DNA from: Dudresnaya verticillata
Taxonomy: Eukaryota
DNA length: 64,000 nucleotides
Direction: 5' to 3'
Assembly (NCBI GenBank): GCA_977862235.1
Contig: OZ374564.1
Location: 682,001 to 746,000, forward strand
Shown here: piece after piece, positions 1 through 12,710 of the stretch
Numbering within the stretch: position 1 is the first letter of the stretch
Layout: each line of letters starts with the position of its first letter
Translations under genes and position numbers: made by a program
The notes under the pieces: model-generated
Database searches by the model: none
Seen by the model: only the letters and a program-made list of their open reading frames with translations
What the model was told of the DNA's origin: nothing

Positions 1-598
1 GCGGTAGGGTACGCGCGTGCGGAACGGGGGAGTCTGGACCAAGACCGGCTTGTCCGGGGTTTACTCAGCGTCTCAGACGGATTACCTAATATACTACGTG
101 AGTGACGGCGGCGGGCGCGGTGCGCGAGAACTCAGGGCGCGTGTCGCGTCGTCGAGCGTCTGACATGTCGTCGTCTCCATGCAGCCGCGCGCGCGGGAGC
201 TCAGGAGTAGCTTACAGGCGCATGCGCGTAGCATTGCGGGTGATCCGGATTCGGATCCAGATCCCTGCCAGCATTGCTGGCGCGCGGCCATTACAGGCGC
301 GCTCCTTACATCACTGTGGATCCGGATGCCGGATCTCGATGCCCCATCCGGATCCGATCCGGATCCGGGCCAAGCTTACAGGCGGGCGCCTTGCGCCCGG
401 CCGATCGGGATCGTGCATCCGGATCTGGCCGTACAGTGGGCGCGTGCGCCGCGCCGCGCGGGGTAACGGCGGCCGTATGCCCGTGGGCCAATCGTCGGTG
501 ACGTGTTCGCGCGCCAACGGCGGTGGACGTTCCGTCGGTGGACGTTGGCATATAATACGCTCAGAGCGAAAAAGGGGCAGCCCTCCCCTTGCACCACA
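1..598 (-). mobile_element. Gypsy LTR (same type as 62034-62891), minus strand, runs off the window; inserted into the 5' LTR of Gypsy element A
   Basis: 1-598 is the reverse complement of ~62034-62654. It ends in ...CCCCTTGCACCACA (TGTGGTGCAAGGGG on minus) at 598, after which element A LTR sequence (CTATACTTAGGTAAGCC) resumes. Confidence 0.9.
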
Positions 599-939
599 CT
601 ATACTTAGGTAAGCCGTCCCAGACGTAACAGTAAACGCCCGGGCAAGCCGGCCTTGGTCCAGACTTCCCCGTTCTGCACGCGCGTACCCTACCGCTGCCT
701 ACGGCTAAGCGTCTACCTCCCGTGCTTCCACGTCTACCATCGTCTTTGACGTGTTCCCTTTCTGTTTCCTTTTCCCTTCCTTCACACTTTCCGCCTCGGG
801 CGTTTACAGTCCGCCCAAGACGTGTTCCTTTGCTCTACCAACAAGTCGCCCTCGGCGGGACCACCCATCGCCGAGGGCGCAGCTACCCACCGAGCCCCGA
901 ACTGCTCTGCGGTCTATCGTCTCAGACGTTTGCACCACA
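599..939 (+). repeat. 3' part of the 5' LTR of Gypsy A
   Basis: Matches ~12377-12710; ends GACGTTTGCACCACA at 939. Confidence 0.9.
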
Positions 940-955
940 TCTGGTCTCCCGACCT
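940..955 (+). promoter_or_regulatory. Putative primer-binding site TGGTCTCCCGACC
   Basis: TGG start 2 nt after the LTR end, complementary to a tRNA 3' CCA. Primer identity not established (GGGAGACCA resembles a tRNA-Tyr 3' end). Confidence 0.6.
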
Positions 956-1067
956 AGAAATTGTGCTACGTTTCAACGAGTTACTCCGTCGTGCGACGTC
1001 CGACCCTCCGTCTTCAGACGTTTGTCGCTAATCGTCCACGACGTTCAAGCAACTCTACGATTGTATC

Positions 1068-3627
1068 ATGGCCTCACGACCGCCACTGTCGCGAGGCCCA
1101 AGTTCAAGAAGACCGTCTTCGACGCCTGGGAGTGTACCCGCGTCAGAACGGTCGCTACAGCGGATGACAACGAGGTCTGGCGCCTCGTGAGCCCCGAGAT
1201 CGCGTCGGCGTTCCCGACGCTACCCCCGGGCCACGGCCACGCAGGCTCCCACGCGTCGTTTAACGGAGGAGAGTTACCTCCCCCGCCGACGCGCAACCCC
1301 GTCGTCGTCCGCACCTCAGTCCCCGAGGGATCGGCCCTCCGCACCTACCGCTCCTACGTTGACTCGGCTGATACAGTACAAGCGGAGCAACACGACGTCG
1401 TAGACGGAACACAAGCCGACATCGTCGAGGGACAACCGGAACTTCCGGATCAACCAACCATCCCCGTCAACGACGACCAAGGGCACTCCGCGGAGCGCAA
1501 CGTCGCTGACGAACCATTGACACACGGGGCATGTTGCCCCACTCCCCACGGCAGTGCCGGTTGTTCGCCGGCTAAGCCGAAGTCGCCAAGTCAAAGGGCG
1601 CAAGGGACGCCCGACCGGTCAACCTCCGAAAGCCATCCGCCAACGGCGTCACCCTCGGCCGTCCGCGTGAGTAACTTAACGATACCATGCGAACGGATCC
1701 GAGAGGTGTGCGTCTTGGAAGACGATTCTTTTCTCGCTAGGTTCGCCGGTTTGCTAGACGACAATGTCGGAGGAATCGCAAGTCGTCTACAGACGTTGTA
1801 AAAGGATCGGGACGGCGCCCTACACGGGCTTCGCTCCGATCTTTACCGTCTATTGACGAACCAAAACGCCCATGGCGAGGATATCCAGCCCCCGCCGGCA
1901 GTAAGCGTCCATTCGCACTCTGAGCTTAGCTCACGCGAACGCTTTCAGAGACTGGCAACTCGCTTAGAGCGTCTTGAATCCGCCAAGTGGCGCAACGGTC
2001 CACCGTCGGGTGACGAGAGCTCGTGCGAAGACCGTCACAGACGCAAGGATCGGAAGAGACGCTGCCGCAAGCAGCGTCTTAGACGGAAGAAGAACCGTCA
2101 TCGACGTGGGGATTCATCCTCTTCCTCTTCGGACTCATCAAGTGACGGAGAGTCATCCAACTCTTCGTCTGAAGACGACGACTTCCCAGCTCTCGGCAGT
2201 GACGCAAGACCTCGCGGAAAGCGGTTCAAGGGACTGAAGGAGCTACGCCCCTCCAACCCCCTCTTCGATCAGCTACTATCGTATAGGACTTATCGTCTGC
2301 AAGATGTAGGGCAGAAACGCTTAGGGCGCGACACGGGTAAGGTCAAGGACCATATTAAGCGCCTGGAGCTGACCATGAAGGACGCCGCCTTCAACGGCAG
2401 CGACCCCGTCATGGTCCTGGAGTTCCTAACGCGTTTCGCGGATGAAGCCGATACGCTGGAGATGAGCGAAGCCCAAGCATTTGTCGCGCTGCCGTACTTC
2501 TTGCGAGGCACGGCAGCCACGCAATTCCGTTCCGTCAAGTCGACGACTTCGCGCCATCGCGGCGGGGTGTCCTCGTATCCGGAGGCGGTAAAGTACCTCC
2601 TCCGTACGTATGCTACTCCAGCGGCGATCAGGGACGCTGTCCTTGCCCTACGGTCGACCGTCCAGAAGCAAGGCGAGGACGAGACGACCTATGGGATGCG
2701 ACTAGCCGGTGCGTGTATCCGTCGCTGTAACCTATATCCCGATTGGGAAAAGATGACGCTGTACATCGACGGGTTAGACCCGTCGATCAGGTCCCTGGTC
2801 GCTCGCTTCCGAGAAGAAACGCCAAGGGCGGAATTGTCATTCGAGCGGCTGGTTCACTTCGCGCAGGACGAAGGAGATGCCAATCGCGCACGACACGACA
2901 GGGCCGGCTCCGCGTCAGCACGACGTGACATACTGACACCGGCTCAAGCCGTACGCACATCGCGACCGCCATCGGCGATGCCCGAGGTGTACTGCGTCCA
3001 CAGACGAGAGGCGCAAGGCCTGGAGCGCGCGCTATGATAGCGGAGTCCTCCGTCGAGGTCCGAGACGTTAGCCGCCCTGTCGATGACATGGAAACACACG
3101 CCGATGGCGATCTATACCTGGCAGAAGAGCAAGGGTCGGTGCGAACTTCGGCTCTACCGACGGACAGCTACGTCGATGACGAAGAAACAAGGGGAATGGA
3201 CCCCGCTCTCGCCTTTGGGCGCTCGGTCGTACCCGCGCGACGCGTTCCATATTCCGAGTATGCCACTCACGTCCACCGGGCAAGGCCCGGATGGCAGGAC
3301 AGGGGTCCACCCCGTCAAGACGCGCGTCGGCAGTTGGTATGCTACCAATGTTACGCTCTCGGGCCCATCGCGCCGGACTGCTTCCTCCGCATGAGCGACT
3401 TCATGAAGGTTTCTACCAACCATGAAGGACTAACCGAAACCGAGAAGGCTGGCGTCCACGCTGATGCGTATGTCCGTTGCCAGGACCGCGCGACCCGCGA
3501 TGCTGCCCGCCGTGCTGCACGACCGCAATTGCCACGAGGCGGACCCATGTCGCACGCGGCAGAACGTCATCCGACGATGATCAATCGCTATGTAGCGCCA
3601 CAACCACCGCCGCATGCGAAAAACTAA
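1068..3627 (+). pseudogene. gag: Gypsy gag with retrotransposon-gag domain and degenerate CCHC knuckle
   Basis: ORFs 722-1801 and 1853-3037 are in one frame, split by TAA. Gag motif FNGSDPVMVLEFLTRF...YFLRGTA; CYQCYALGPIAPDC in ORF 3034-3627. Start at ATG 1068 is inferred. Confidence 0.85.
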
Positions 3628-6600
3628 CTCGGGAACCAAATCCTGACACTGGGGTGTCGCACCGTGAAGAGAGGCCTAGGCCTCGGGTGTTGACATGGAA
3701 GGAGGGCCCGAAGTTAGTCACCGATGACGCCAACGGGCGGATAAAGTCGTCACAGACGTCATTGAAACGCCCATAGCGAAGGTACCAGCCCCCAGGCGCG
3801 GGACAGTTGTTCGTAATGGCCAAAAGCAACTACAAGGTGTACGCCGACTTCGGCGCAACCGTCAGTACCTTGGCACGTAAACTCATTGTCCTCGGCACGG
3901 GGTCTGGTCCGAATTTCATTCGCATTGACGACATTCCGCTGGAAGCGCGATCACGCATCGTGGCAAAGAGCCTCCCTGTCATAGCCGACGCCAACAATAC
4001 GGCGATCCAGACAAGAGACACCATCGACCTGGTTGTTAGTCTGGGACGGCGAGTCGTCAAGTTGGAACTGATCGTTTGCGAACGACTCGCTGCGCCGGTT
4101 ATACTCAGCTGCGACTTTTGCGACCGCTTTGTCGAAGCAATCTATCTGCGAAGTCGCGAGGTCGAATTGGACGACGGGACTCGTGTCCCTATAACGCGCC
4201 GCCCCCTGTGCCGGCCCCCGTCGTATCCTCCGTTACCAACGGAACAGGAATACGGCAAGGCCGAAGGAAGAACGTCGCCCAAGATAAGAGTAACAGAGCG
4301 CGTGATCATCCCGCCTAAGGCGCAGCAATGGGTATCGGTGACCACCGAGGGCGCCGGCGTCATCACAATTCAACCGTTCGGAACGCTGTAGAGAAACAAG
4401 GTCTGGCCGTTACGAACGGGATTGCTCAAGTGAAGCCGCTAAAAGCGTTTCGCATTTTGGTTGCCAACTTCTCTCCCCGCCCGCAGGCGTTGGCCAAGGG
4501 CTAAGTCGTCGCGATGGCGTTACCACATCCGACAGCAGTGTTCCCCAGTCGCGTAAGTCTAGCTGATGTTTTGGGCCTCACCGAGGAACAGGCCGAGGAG
4601 CAGAAGGCAACCCAAGATTTCCGTTTTCAAACGAACGATAATACTACGGCACAGCCGTATACTTTCACGAAGTCTATCGAGGCAGCCACTGCCAAGCCTC
4701 CTTCGGTAGACGATTTGGACCTGGGACATCTCCCCGCCGAGCATCAAGGCCGGGTTAAGGAGATGTTACGCAAGTATTCGTCTGTGTGGGACGGTTCCCT
4801 GGGAGAAATCGCAACCACGGAGCACTACGTCGACTTGCTCCCCGGCTGTAGACCAATATCGTGCCCACCTTACCGAGTGGGGCCGAAGCAAGGACAACTA
4901 GCTCAAGCGGAAGTGGACCGCATGCTGCGTCAAGGGGTTATCGAACCCGCAAAATTGCCATGGGCGTCACCAGTGGCCTTCGCCCCCAAGAAGGACGGGA
5001 CCCTCCGCTTTTGCGTAGACTACCGTCGTTTAAACGCAGTAACCGCACGGGATACGTACCCGCCGGCGCGTATCGACAATTTATTGACAGTCTAGGGGAA
5101 GCAAACGTCTTCACCACCCTAGACTGTAACAGTGGGTACTGGCAGGTGCCGATCAATCCGCGAGACCGCGATAAGACTGCGTTCACGTGCCACGCTGGAC
5201 TGTTCCGCTATAAGCTTATGCCTTTCGGTCTCACGAACGCACCCGCTACGTTTCAACGAACGCTGGACATACTGCTCGCTGGTTACAAGTAGCGTTCGTG
5301 CCTCGTCTACCTCGACGACGTAATAATCTTTTCCAGCGACATCGACAGTCACTTCCGTCATGTTGACGAGATCCTTTCGACACTGCACCGCGCCGGGGTG
5401 ACCCTGAAGTTGACCAAGTGTGACTCCTTCACCCCGACCGTCAACTACTTGGGTCACGTCATACGTCCAGGACGGTTAGAAGTTGACCGCACTGTCACTG
5501 CCGCGCTACGCGAAGCCAAGCATCCACGGGATCAGAAGGAGTTACGGAGCTTCCTCGGTCTTTGTAACGTCTACAGACGGTTCGTGTCGCGATACGCGCA
5601 TGTCGCTGCCCCCCTCAACAAGTTGCTGAGGAAGGAACAGGACTTTCGGTTACAACCGTTCAAGGAGACACAAGCCAAAACGTTCAGTACGCTCTTCGAG
5701 GCCGTGACTCATCCGTCTATACTGGCGTTTCCACAGCAGGGTCTCCCCTATTCCGTCGATTGTGACGCAAGCGAGCATCAAGTCGGCTGAACTCATTGAC
5801 GATGATTTACCATGCTATCACGGAAGCTACGTCGAAGACGGACATCAAACGTCACAGGACGATCAGTCACAAGCCGAAGGCGAGGTCAACTTCTCCGAAC
5901 GAGAGTTCGAAGAGTTCGACCAAGTGTTGATCAACAAAACGCCACCGGCGGATGAGGTAATCCTTCGTCAAGTGACGCATGAAGAGTTAGTACACGCCCA
6001 AGGCAATGACCAATACTATAACGAAATCAGGAAGCGTCTGGACGACGTGATCATCTTACCGTTCGTAACGGATGAACAGGGCCTGTTGGTCCGAACAGTG
6101 GAAGCCCGCCCGCAAGTGGTCGTACCCTCCGCGTTACGCGCTCGCTTACTCCACCTCCGGCACCACGCCAAGTTGGCAGGGCACCCAGGGGCATAAGTTG
6201 TATCATACGCCTCGACTCGATTACTATTGGCCATCGATGCAAGTGGACTCCTATGCGACCGTCCGCAACTGCGTAACCTGCGCTAAGAATCGCGTATTGC
6301 TGAGAAAGAACACCAAGCAATTGAAGTTATTCCCGGCAACCGAGCCTCTCGAGTTCGTATCGATCGGCATTCTGGGCGAACGCATACGCACGAAGCGAGG
6401 AAACAAGTTCCTACTCGTCATTGTGGACCGCTTCTCCAAGCTGGTCCGGAAGGTCCCACTACGTAGTAGTATTACGGCATTGGAAATCACTAAGGCGTTT
6501 GTACGACATTGGGTCTTCGTGTACAGGCCCCCCAAGAAACTGTTATCCTACAACGGACCAAAGTTCGTGGCTAAGTTGTTTTAGGATATTTGCCGTTTTT

Positions 6601-7855
6601 TGGGAGTGGAGAATCTCTTCACCGCGACGTACCACCCGTAATCAGCAATGGCCAGGTAGAACGATTCAATCGAACTATCCAGGCCTCGCTGCGTCACTAT
6701 GTTGCGGATCATCCGAGAGACTGGGACCCGCTCACGGATGCCTTGACATTCGCATACAACACACAGTTGCATTCGTCTACGCATCTCGCTCCGTTTGAAT
6801 TGGTGCTGTCTAAGCCACCACGGCCATTGTCGCTAGAAGCGGAACCGTCGCTCGAAAGCGTACCCACCGTCGGGCAATACTACACCAAGTGGCGAATCTG
6901 GCTGGCCGCACTGATGGGAACCGCTAAAGCGTCGTTAGAGAAAACTCAAGCACGTTACAAACGGAACTTCGATACCCGATTAAGGAAATAGAGGGAAGCA
7001 ATCGCCGTAGGCGACTTCGTACTCGTACGAAAAAAATACTTCGCTCGAGGCGGAGGCGCTGATCGCGCGGAGCGAAAACATAAGTTGGCGCCAGTGGCGG
7101 ACCATATCGGGTAACTAACGTTGATAACGAGACAGTAGCCATCGATAAGGGACGTGAGGAGCGGGAACGTTTGTCCCGAGACCGCGTGGTCTGGGCGCCG
7201 ACCCCACCGGGTCAGGCGGCCCCTCCAATCGGCGTACCACCGGGACCGCCCGCGGCGCAGGACGCGGTCGCCCCCACGTCACAAGACGAAGGGACGACTA
7301 CCCCAGACACGCCACCAGCGGACCAAGAGGGTGACTCAGAGACTTCACATACTGCGGGAGATCCGCAGGAGCATACAATCGCAACGTCTCGAAGTCGGGG
7401 GTTGGCAGAGCTTTCGCCCTTTTCCGCCGACCCCGACGCCCGCGCTTCGCAATCCGTCTCCAACGACGACAATACCCCATACCCCACCCGTTTGGAACAC
7501 GTCGCTACGGCACCGCCGAATGATACCAATGCCTCCGCTGAAAGCGCGTCCGATAACGAATAAATTAACCGTGCAAGCACGCAGCAAGGCGCTGCAAGCG
7601 ATGGACTCGTCCCAAGACGCAGCAACCCAGTGACCGCTGAACGAGCGTACGAGGCTTACTGTCAACGCCTTCGGCGTTCAACCCGTCGAGTACGCTTCGC
7701 CCAACTGGTACAGACGCCCATCACGCAACGAGAAGAACCGCCAAAGGCGCTGGAAGGGCCCACGTCCAAGCCGATCGCTGTGAGCGGGAACGAATACGTT
7801 ATTGAACGCATCGAGTCGCACGCGTACGCGGATGATGATGAGATACTCTACCGCG
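3628..7855 (+). pseudogene. pol: Gypsy pol: protease, RT, truncated RNase H, integrase, truncated chromodomain
   Basis: Protease LGTGSGPNFI (DTG mutated); RT PWASPV..PKKDGTLRFCVDYRRLN, LDCNSGYWQ, MPFGLTNAP, YLDD (~5308); RNase H cut after CDASEHQVG; integrase HHAKLAGHPG..CVTC, IVDRFSK, NGQVERFN; chromodomain start EYVIERIESH..EILYR. Confidence 0.93.
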
Positions 7856-7874
7856 TGTTGAGGACATGGTCCCT
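7856..7874 (+). repeat. Stub of a Copia LTR (TGTTGAGGACATGGTCCCT) interrupting the chromodomain
   Basis: Matches the first ~19 nt of the Copia LTR; continues AGCG after the nested solo LTR, then is deleted. Confidence 0.75.
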
Positions 7875-8948
7875 TGAAAAGGAATATGGAGAGGTTGAAG
7901 TTGAACAAGATGAGAAATGGAAGTCGCTTGACTTCGTTTACTGCAGTCGACCATCCGACAAGGCTTATATCAGCTTTTCGGATGAGTTGCTGCGTGAGCA
8001 CAAACAAAACAAATCATTAAAGATACGCCCAAAATCCCTACCGTCAAATGGGCGGGAAAAAGTAAAGCAATCAAATCTACCAAATCATACTCTCAGCACA
8101 CTCACATCCGCCACCAAAATGGGCGGGAACTTGCACACCAGTGTTGCTAGCTGCTGACATCAGCAATCCCTCTTGCGACCGCATTTCCTGCCATCCATAT
8201 GTACTCCAACTTTGGACGGGAACTCGAAAGTATCGAGTGTCCCCGCATGGCTGCTGTCGGACAACACTGCACACCACGTGGCCGCACTTACGAGCTGAAG
8301 TCCGTCCATGAATATACAACTTGGATCATTGACCACGTAATCACCCAGATTTGCCTACGTGGCAGCTGTAAACCGACGTGTCGGCCGCACGACAGCTACG
8401 TGCCCACTGGAAACCAACGTGTCGGCCGCACGACAGCTACGTGCCGACTGTAAACCAACGTGCCGGCCGCACGACAGCTACGTGGCAACTGTAAACCAAC
8501 GTGTCGGCCGCACGACAACTGCATCTGCTGATATCACAAGCCAGGCTCCACGTAGCGCAACTCCCTGCAGTACCAACTCAGACGCCATCAGCACATTGCA
8601 TGGCACGTTCATATGTACTTGTGGAGTACAGTGCGCGTCATACCAGTACCATTCCATGCCATACCACGTGCATCCATGTGGTCCAATCAGATCGTTCCAC
8701 TTGGCCGTTCCTGTTATAACCGCCAATTCCAGTACAACACTTGTAAGCCATATAGACCATGGAGGCGATTTGTAACAACCAATCAGAAGCCCGTTTCACG
8801 TTGCTGTTGCAAAAGGCCTAAATGCGCCGTGATTTTGGAAGCCCGGAAAAAGGTCTGTCGTCTCCGGAAGGTTTGGTGAAAGCGTGCCAGGGTACCATCT
8901 GGGGTACCTGACCCGTGACGTGAGGCGCCAGCGACCATGTCCTCAACA
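7875..8948 (-). mobile_element. Copia solo LTR with 5-bp TSD TCCCT
   Basis: TG...CA termini; TCCCT at 7870-7874 and 8949-8953; same family as 49904-50895; has 4 rather than 2 internal ~41-bp repeats. Confidence 0.95.
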
Positions 8949-9083
8949 TCCCTAGCGATCGACCACTACAGCTAAATTAATCGTCAAAGACGAAGGGGAA
9001 TACCCCGCTCATCGGTCCCGCAAGGGAGCCGAAGGGCAACACAATACGCACCCTCGCGTCCGCTATCCGTTCCTGAAACGACA

Positions 9084-11400
9084 TCAAGACTCCTTCGTCG
9101 CAGACGAATCGGCTGGCACATCCTCAGCAACGCCTTCGACGGACTCACGCAACGCCTCTTCGTTGAGGTCGTCCTCCGTCGTCGACGGTACACTCACGGC
9201 AGGAGCCGGGGCGGACCGCAAAGGCCTTGCCACTGCAACTGCCGGAGTGGCCGCAACAGGCGCCGCAGGTGAAAGGGGCTACTTATCAACCGCCTTTGGC
9301 GTCGTCGCGACAATATCCGCCACAGGCGATGAAGCAAAAACACCCGCCATAGGCGCAGAGCTCAAGCTATCATTCGCCTTAGGCGCAGCCCCAGCCCCAT
9401 CCGCTTTAGGCGCAGCCAACGAATCATCAACCGCCTTGGGCGTAAGTTCAGAAACATCCTCGATTGGCGTCGCACCTTCACTCACCTTCGGCGTTGTGAA
9501 CTCTACACTCGTCACTGACACAGGAGCACCTGGCCCCTTCTGAGCCGTCGACGACGCTATAGCAGCATTTGCTTCGCTCGCCGCAGGTGATAAGGTCATA
9601 CTCACGTCTTTAGGCGCTGGACCATTCGCCTTAGGCGACAGCGGCTTTTCTGCCACACCGTCGTTCGACGCGGAGCCTACGACAATAGTCGATTTCGGCG
9701 CGGACCCACCCTGAGGCGGAACCGCAGCCGACAAAGATTGGCTCACCCACTCTGTGGGTGAGCCGCTCAAACTGCTAGTAGCGACGCCGGCAGCCTGAAA
9801 CAACGCGAGGACCGTACGGCGCTGTTCTTCGGTCCATACCGGCACACTGGGATCCTTCCCTGAACCGTCTATGACGCTTGATGCTCCGCCTGCTACCATT
9901 GCGGACGGGGGTGGCTCAGACACCGGCACCGCCATAATGACATCACCCTCGTCGTCCGCAACGGGCGCTGCAAGGTCCAAGAGCGCAACCGTGGTTACGC
10001 CGGTTGGCATCGCACTCGCCGCAAGAGGCGCTTTAGAAACGTCGCAGACGGGACAGCCGCTTCAGCGGAAGACTCCATCGCCATAGGCGTAGCAATAGCC
10101 ATCCCCGACGAGTTAACCGGTCCACCGTTGGTGTGCAGAGTATCCTCTTCCGCCATTAAGGCTCTCAAGTGAGGAGGAAAGCCACCGACAAAGTCGCAGG
10201 TCTTACGCAAACCGCGCGGGTGATTACCCGGCGTGAATCGATCGGTCTTTCGATGGCGTTCCGCTATGTTCTTCGTCGTACGACGCTTTGTCCAAGGGTT
10301 GAACCAAATCCAATCGCCACAGGCGGAATGAGTACGACTCATCGTGTAACGCGGACGTTGGCTAACGGCACGGCAACCGGGTCGTTCCAATCGATCTCAT
10401 CCGCAATAGCGCGCAGGTCCCAGAACTTCTCGGAGTTCCTGGAACCACCAAATATTTTGACCAAGTCGAGGCTACCGAGATGGGCGACCACACGCGGTGG
10501 TAGATGATACATACGGAAGGTGTCATACACCTCCCATAACCAAGCACACGCCACGTTGGCGACCCACTCGGTGTAGAAAACGATCCAATACCTGGAATAC
10601 GGGTCGGTCATCAGCTCGGATCCAAGATACGTGACACACGGGGGAGCTCTGCTGCGAAAGCTTCGCATATCTCGAACTCACCCATACAGGCGGCACCTTC
10701 ACAAAACAGTAAGGTAACTTACTACGCTCAATGCGGTCGACCTGCATGTCCTGGTACGGCACAAAAACGTCCTTTCGGCGACGCGTTTCACATTCCCAAC
10801 GGATACAACGCTCCCAGAAGAACTTACCCGTACGATGCATAACGAAAATCCGTTTTTAAGCGTACACCTAAGAGGTAAGCCTCTTGCAAAATGCGAGGCT
10901 CAATTGACACGCTCACGTGCTTCAACGACAACGTCCCGAGACGAGCACCATATTCGGCCTCGCCGGCTGTACGGTATTGCCCTGCATCGAAATTGAAAAG
11001 GGCGGCGTTAACGTCGACCCGGGGTAACGCGTAAAGCGTCGATATACGTCTGAGACGAACTGCGCATGGACGTCCGCACGCGATTGTCCCGCTCGCACCC
11101 AAAGCCACCCCACAGGAATCGCACAGTGTAACTTCCACTCTAACGTCCAGACGAAGCCAAGGGGCAGGCCCCCTGGCAAGAAACCGCTAGTAGCGTAATG
11201 AGCGACCAAATCGCCCTCGCGCAAAGCCTCCTGGTCAAACCAGGGGGCCCGCGCGAATAAATGCGCGTGATCTCGAGGATTCTTACCGACAAAGTCGACA
11301 GGTGGCGCGTACACCGGCGCGACCGAGGGCGCCGCCACCTGCATGCCATTGAATGTCGGCATCACGTCGAAGACGAGAATCTGTTCGCGCCGCTGGCAAT
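9084..11400 (-). pseudogene. Antisense accessory ORF of Gypsy A, unknown function, frameshifted
   Basis: ORF pieces 10922-11365, 10824-11138, 10523-10840, 10339-10668 and 9279-10010 join into one protein homologous to 59255-61600. Confidence 0.8.
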
Positions 11401-11807
11401 GAGTACAAAAAAGTCAAAGACGACTCGTATCCGGCGCCACTGCCGAAAGCTTCTCGAAGCGTGCGTCAAAGACGATTACTGTCCAACGCCACTACCGTAA
11501 ACCTTACAACCGCACGTCAACGACGATTCAGTTACTACGCCCCAGGCGATACACAACGAAGAACGCCAACAGGCGAGGGAATCTGAACGATGTCAACGAC
11601 GGGGATCGAGAGGCGCCACAGGCGATGATGTCGGCGTAGTGCAAGGGCACGCGGCGCGCAACATGAGCGAGGTTTCGCACTGCACAGCCGAAGTCGCAAG
11701 ACGCGCGCGCAGACACACAAAGACGAAGCGCAGGAACGGTCACAGACGAAGGCAAACGCGCGGCAGCAGGTTGAGGATCGGATGTGTTTGCGTTTTGGAG
11801 GGGGTCG

Positions 11808-12710
11808 TGTGGTGCAAGGGGGGTGAGCCCCTTTTTCGCTGAAAGCGGAGCAACAAATACGTCGACCGACGGAGAAACCGCCACCGGCGCTCACCACCGC
11901 CGTTGGCGCGCGAACACGTCATCGACGGCTCACTGTGGCGCGCACGCACGTTGCGCGCCGCGCGCCCTGCGGGCACTGTACGGTGATGGGCCGATATGGC
12001 GCCCCGGGGCACTGTAATACGGATCTAGATGGGATCCGGATCCGGTATCCAGATTGGCTATCTGGATCGCCTGCGCTGTACTGTACGCGCCTGTAAGGCT
12101 GCGAGTGTTCGCATTGCTGGCCCGGAACCGGATGGGGATCGGGATCGGACAATTATTGGATTAGATCAAGGGCGCACGCTCTACAATACGCGCGCGCGCA
12201 CAGCTGTAAGGCGCACGCGTCCACGTGTGTGTGTAAGCGCACACGCAGGGGGTTGCGCGGCAATCTGTCAGGCGCGCGGCTGCATACGATGGGTGATCTG
12301 TCAGACGCGCCTCGGGACGATACGTGTCCCGAGTTCCCGCCCTACGCATCCGCACCGCTGCCGTCGCACCGTCCTGCTATACTTAGGTAAGCCGTCCCAG
12401 ACGTAGCAGTAAACGCCCAGGCAAGCCGGCCTTGGTCCAGACTTCCCCGTTCCGCACACGCGTATCCTTCTGCTGTCTACGGCCTAAGCGTCTACCTCCT
12501 GTGCTTCCACGTCCATCACCGTCCTTGACATGTTTCCTTTTTGTTCTCTTTTGTTCTTCCTTTCCGCCTCGAGCGTCTACAGTCCGCCCATGGCGTGTCA
12601 ACTGCTCTACCACAAGCCGCCCAAGGGGAGTCTACTCACCGCCACGGGCGTCGCTACCCACCGAGCCCCGAACTGCTCGGCGGTGCTCCGTCTAGGACGT
12701 TTGCACCACA
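11808..12710 (+). repeat. 3' LTR of Gypsy A (903 bp), preceded by PPT GGAGGGGGTCG
   Basis: 10-bp inverted termini TGTGGTGCAA...TTGCACCACA; 3' part matches 599-939. Confidence 0.93.

Larger units (their letters stand above)
599..12710 (+). mobile_element. Ty3/Gypsy chromodomain-type LTR retrotransposon A (decayed)
   Basis: Order: partial 5' LTR, PBS, gag, protease, RT, RNase H, integrase, chromodomain, antisense ORF, PPT, 3' LTR (TGTGGTGCAA...TTGCACCACA). Many stops and frameshifts. Confidence 0.93.
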
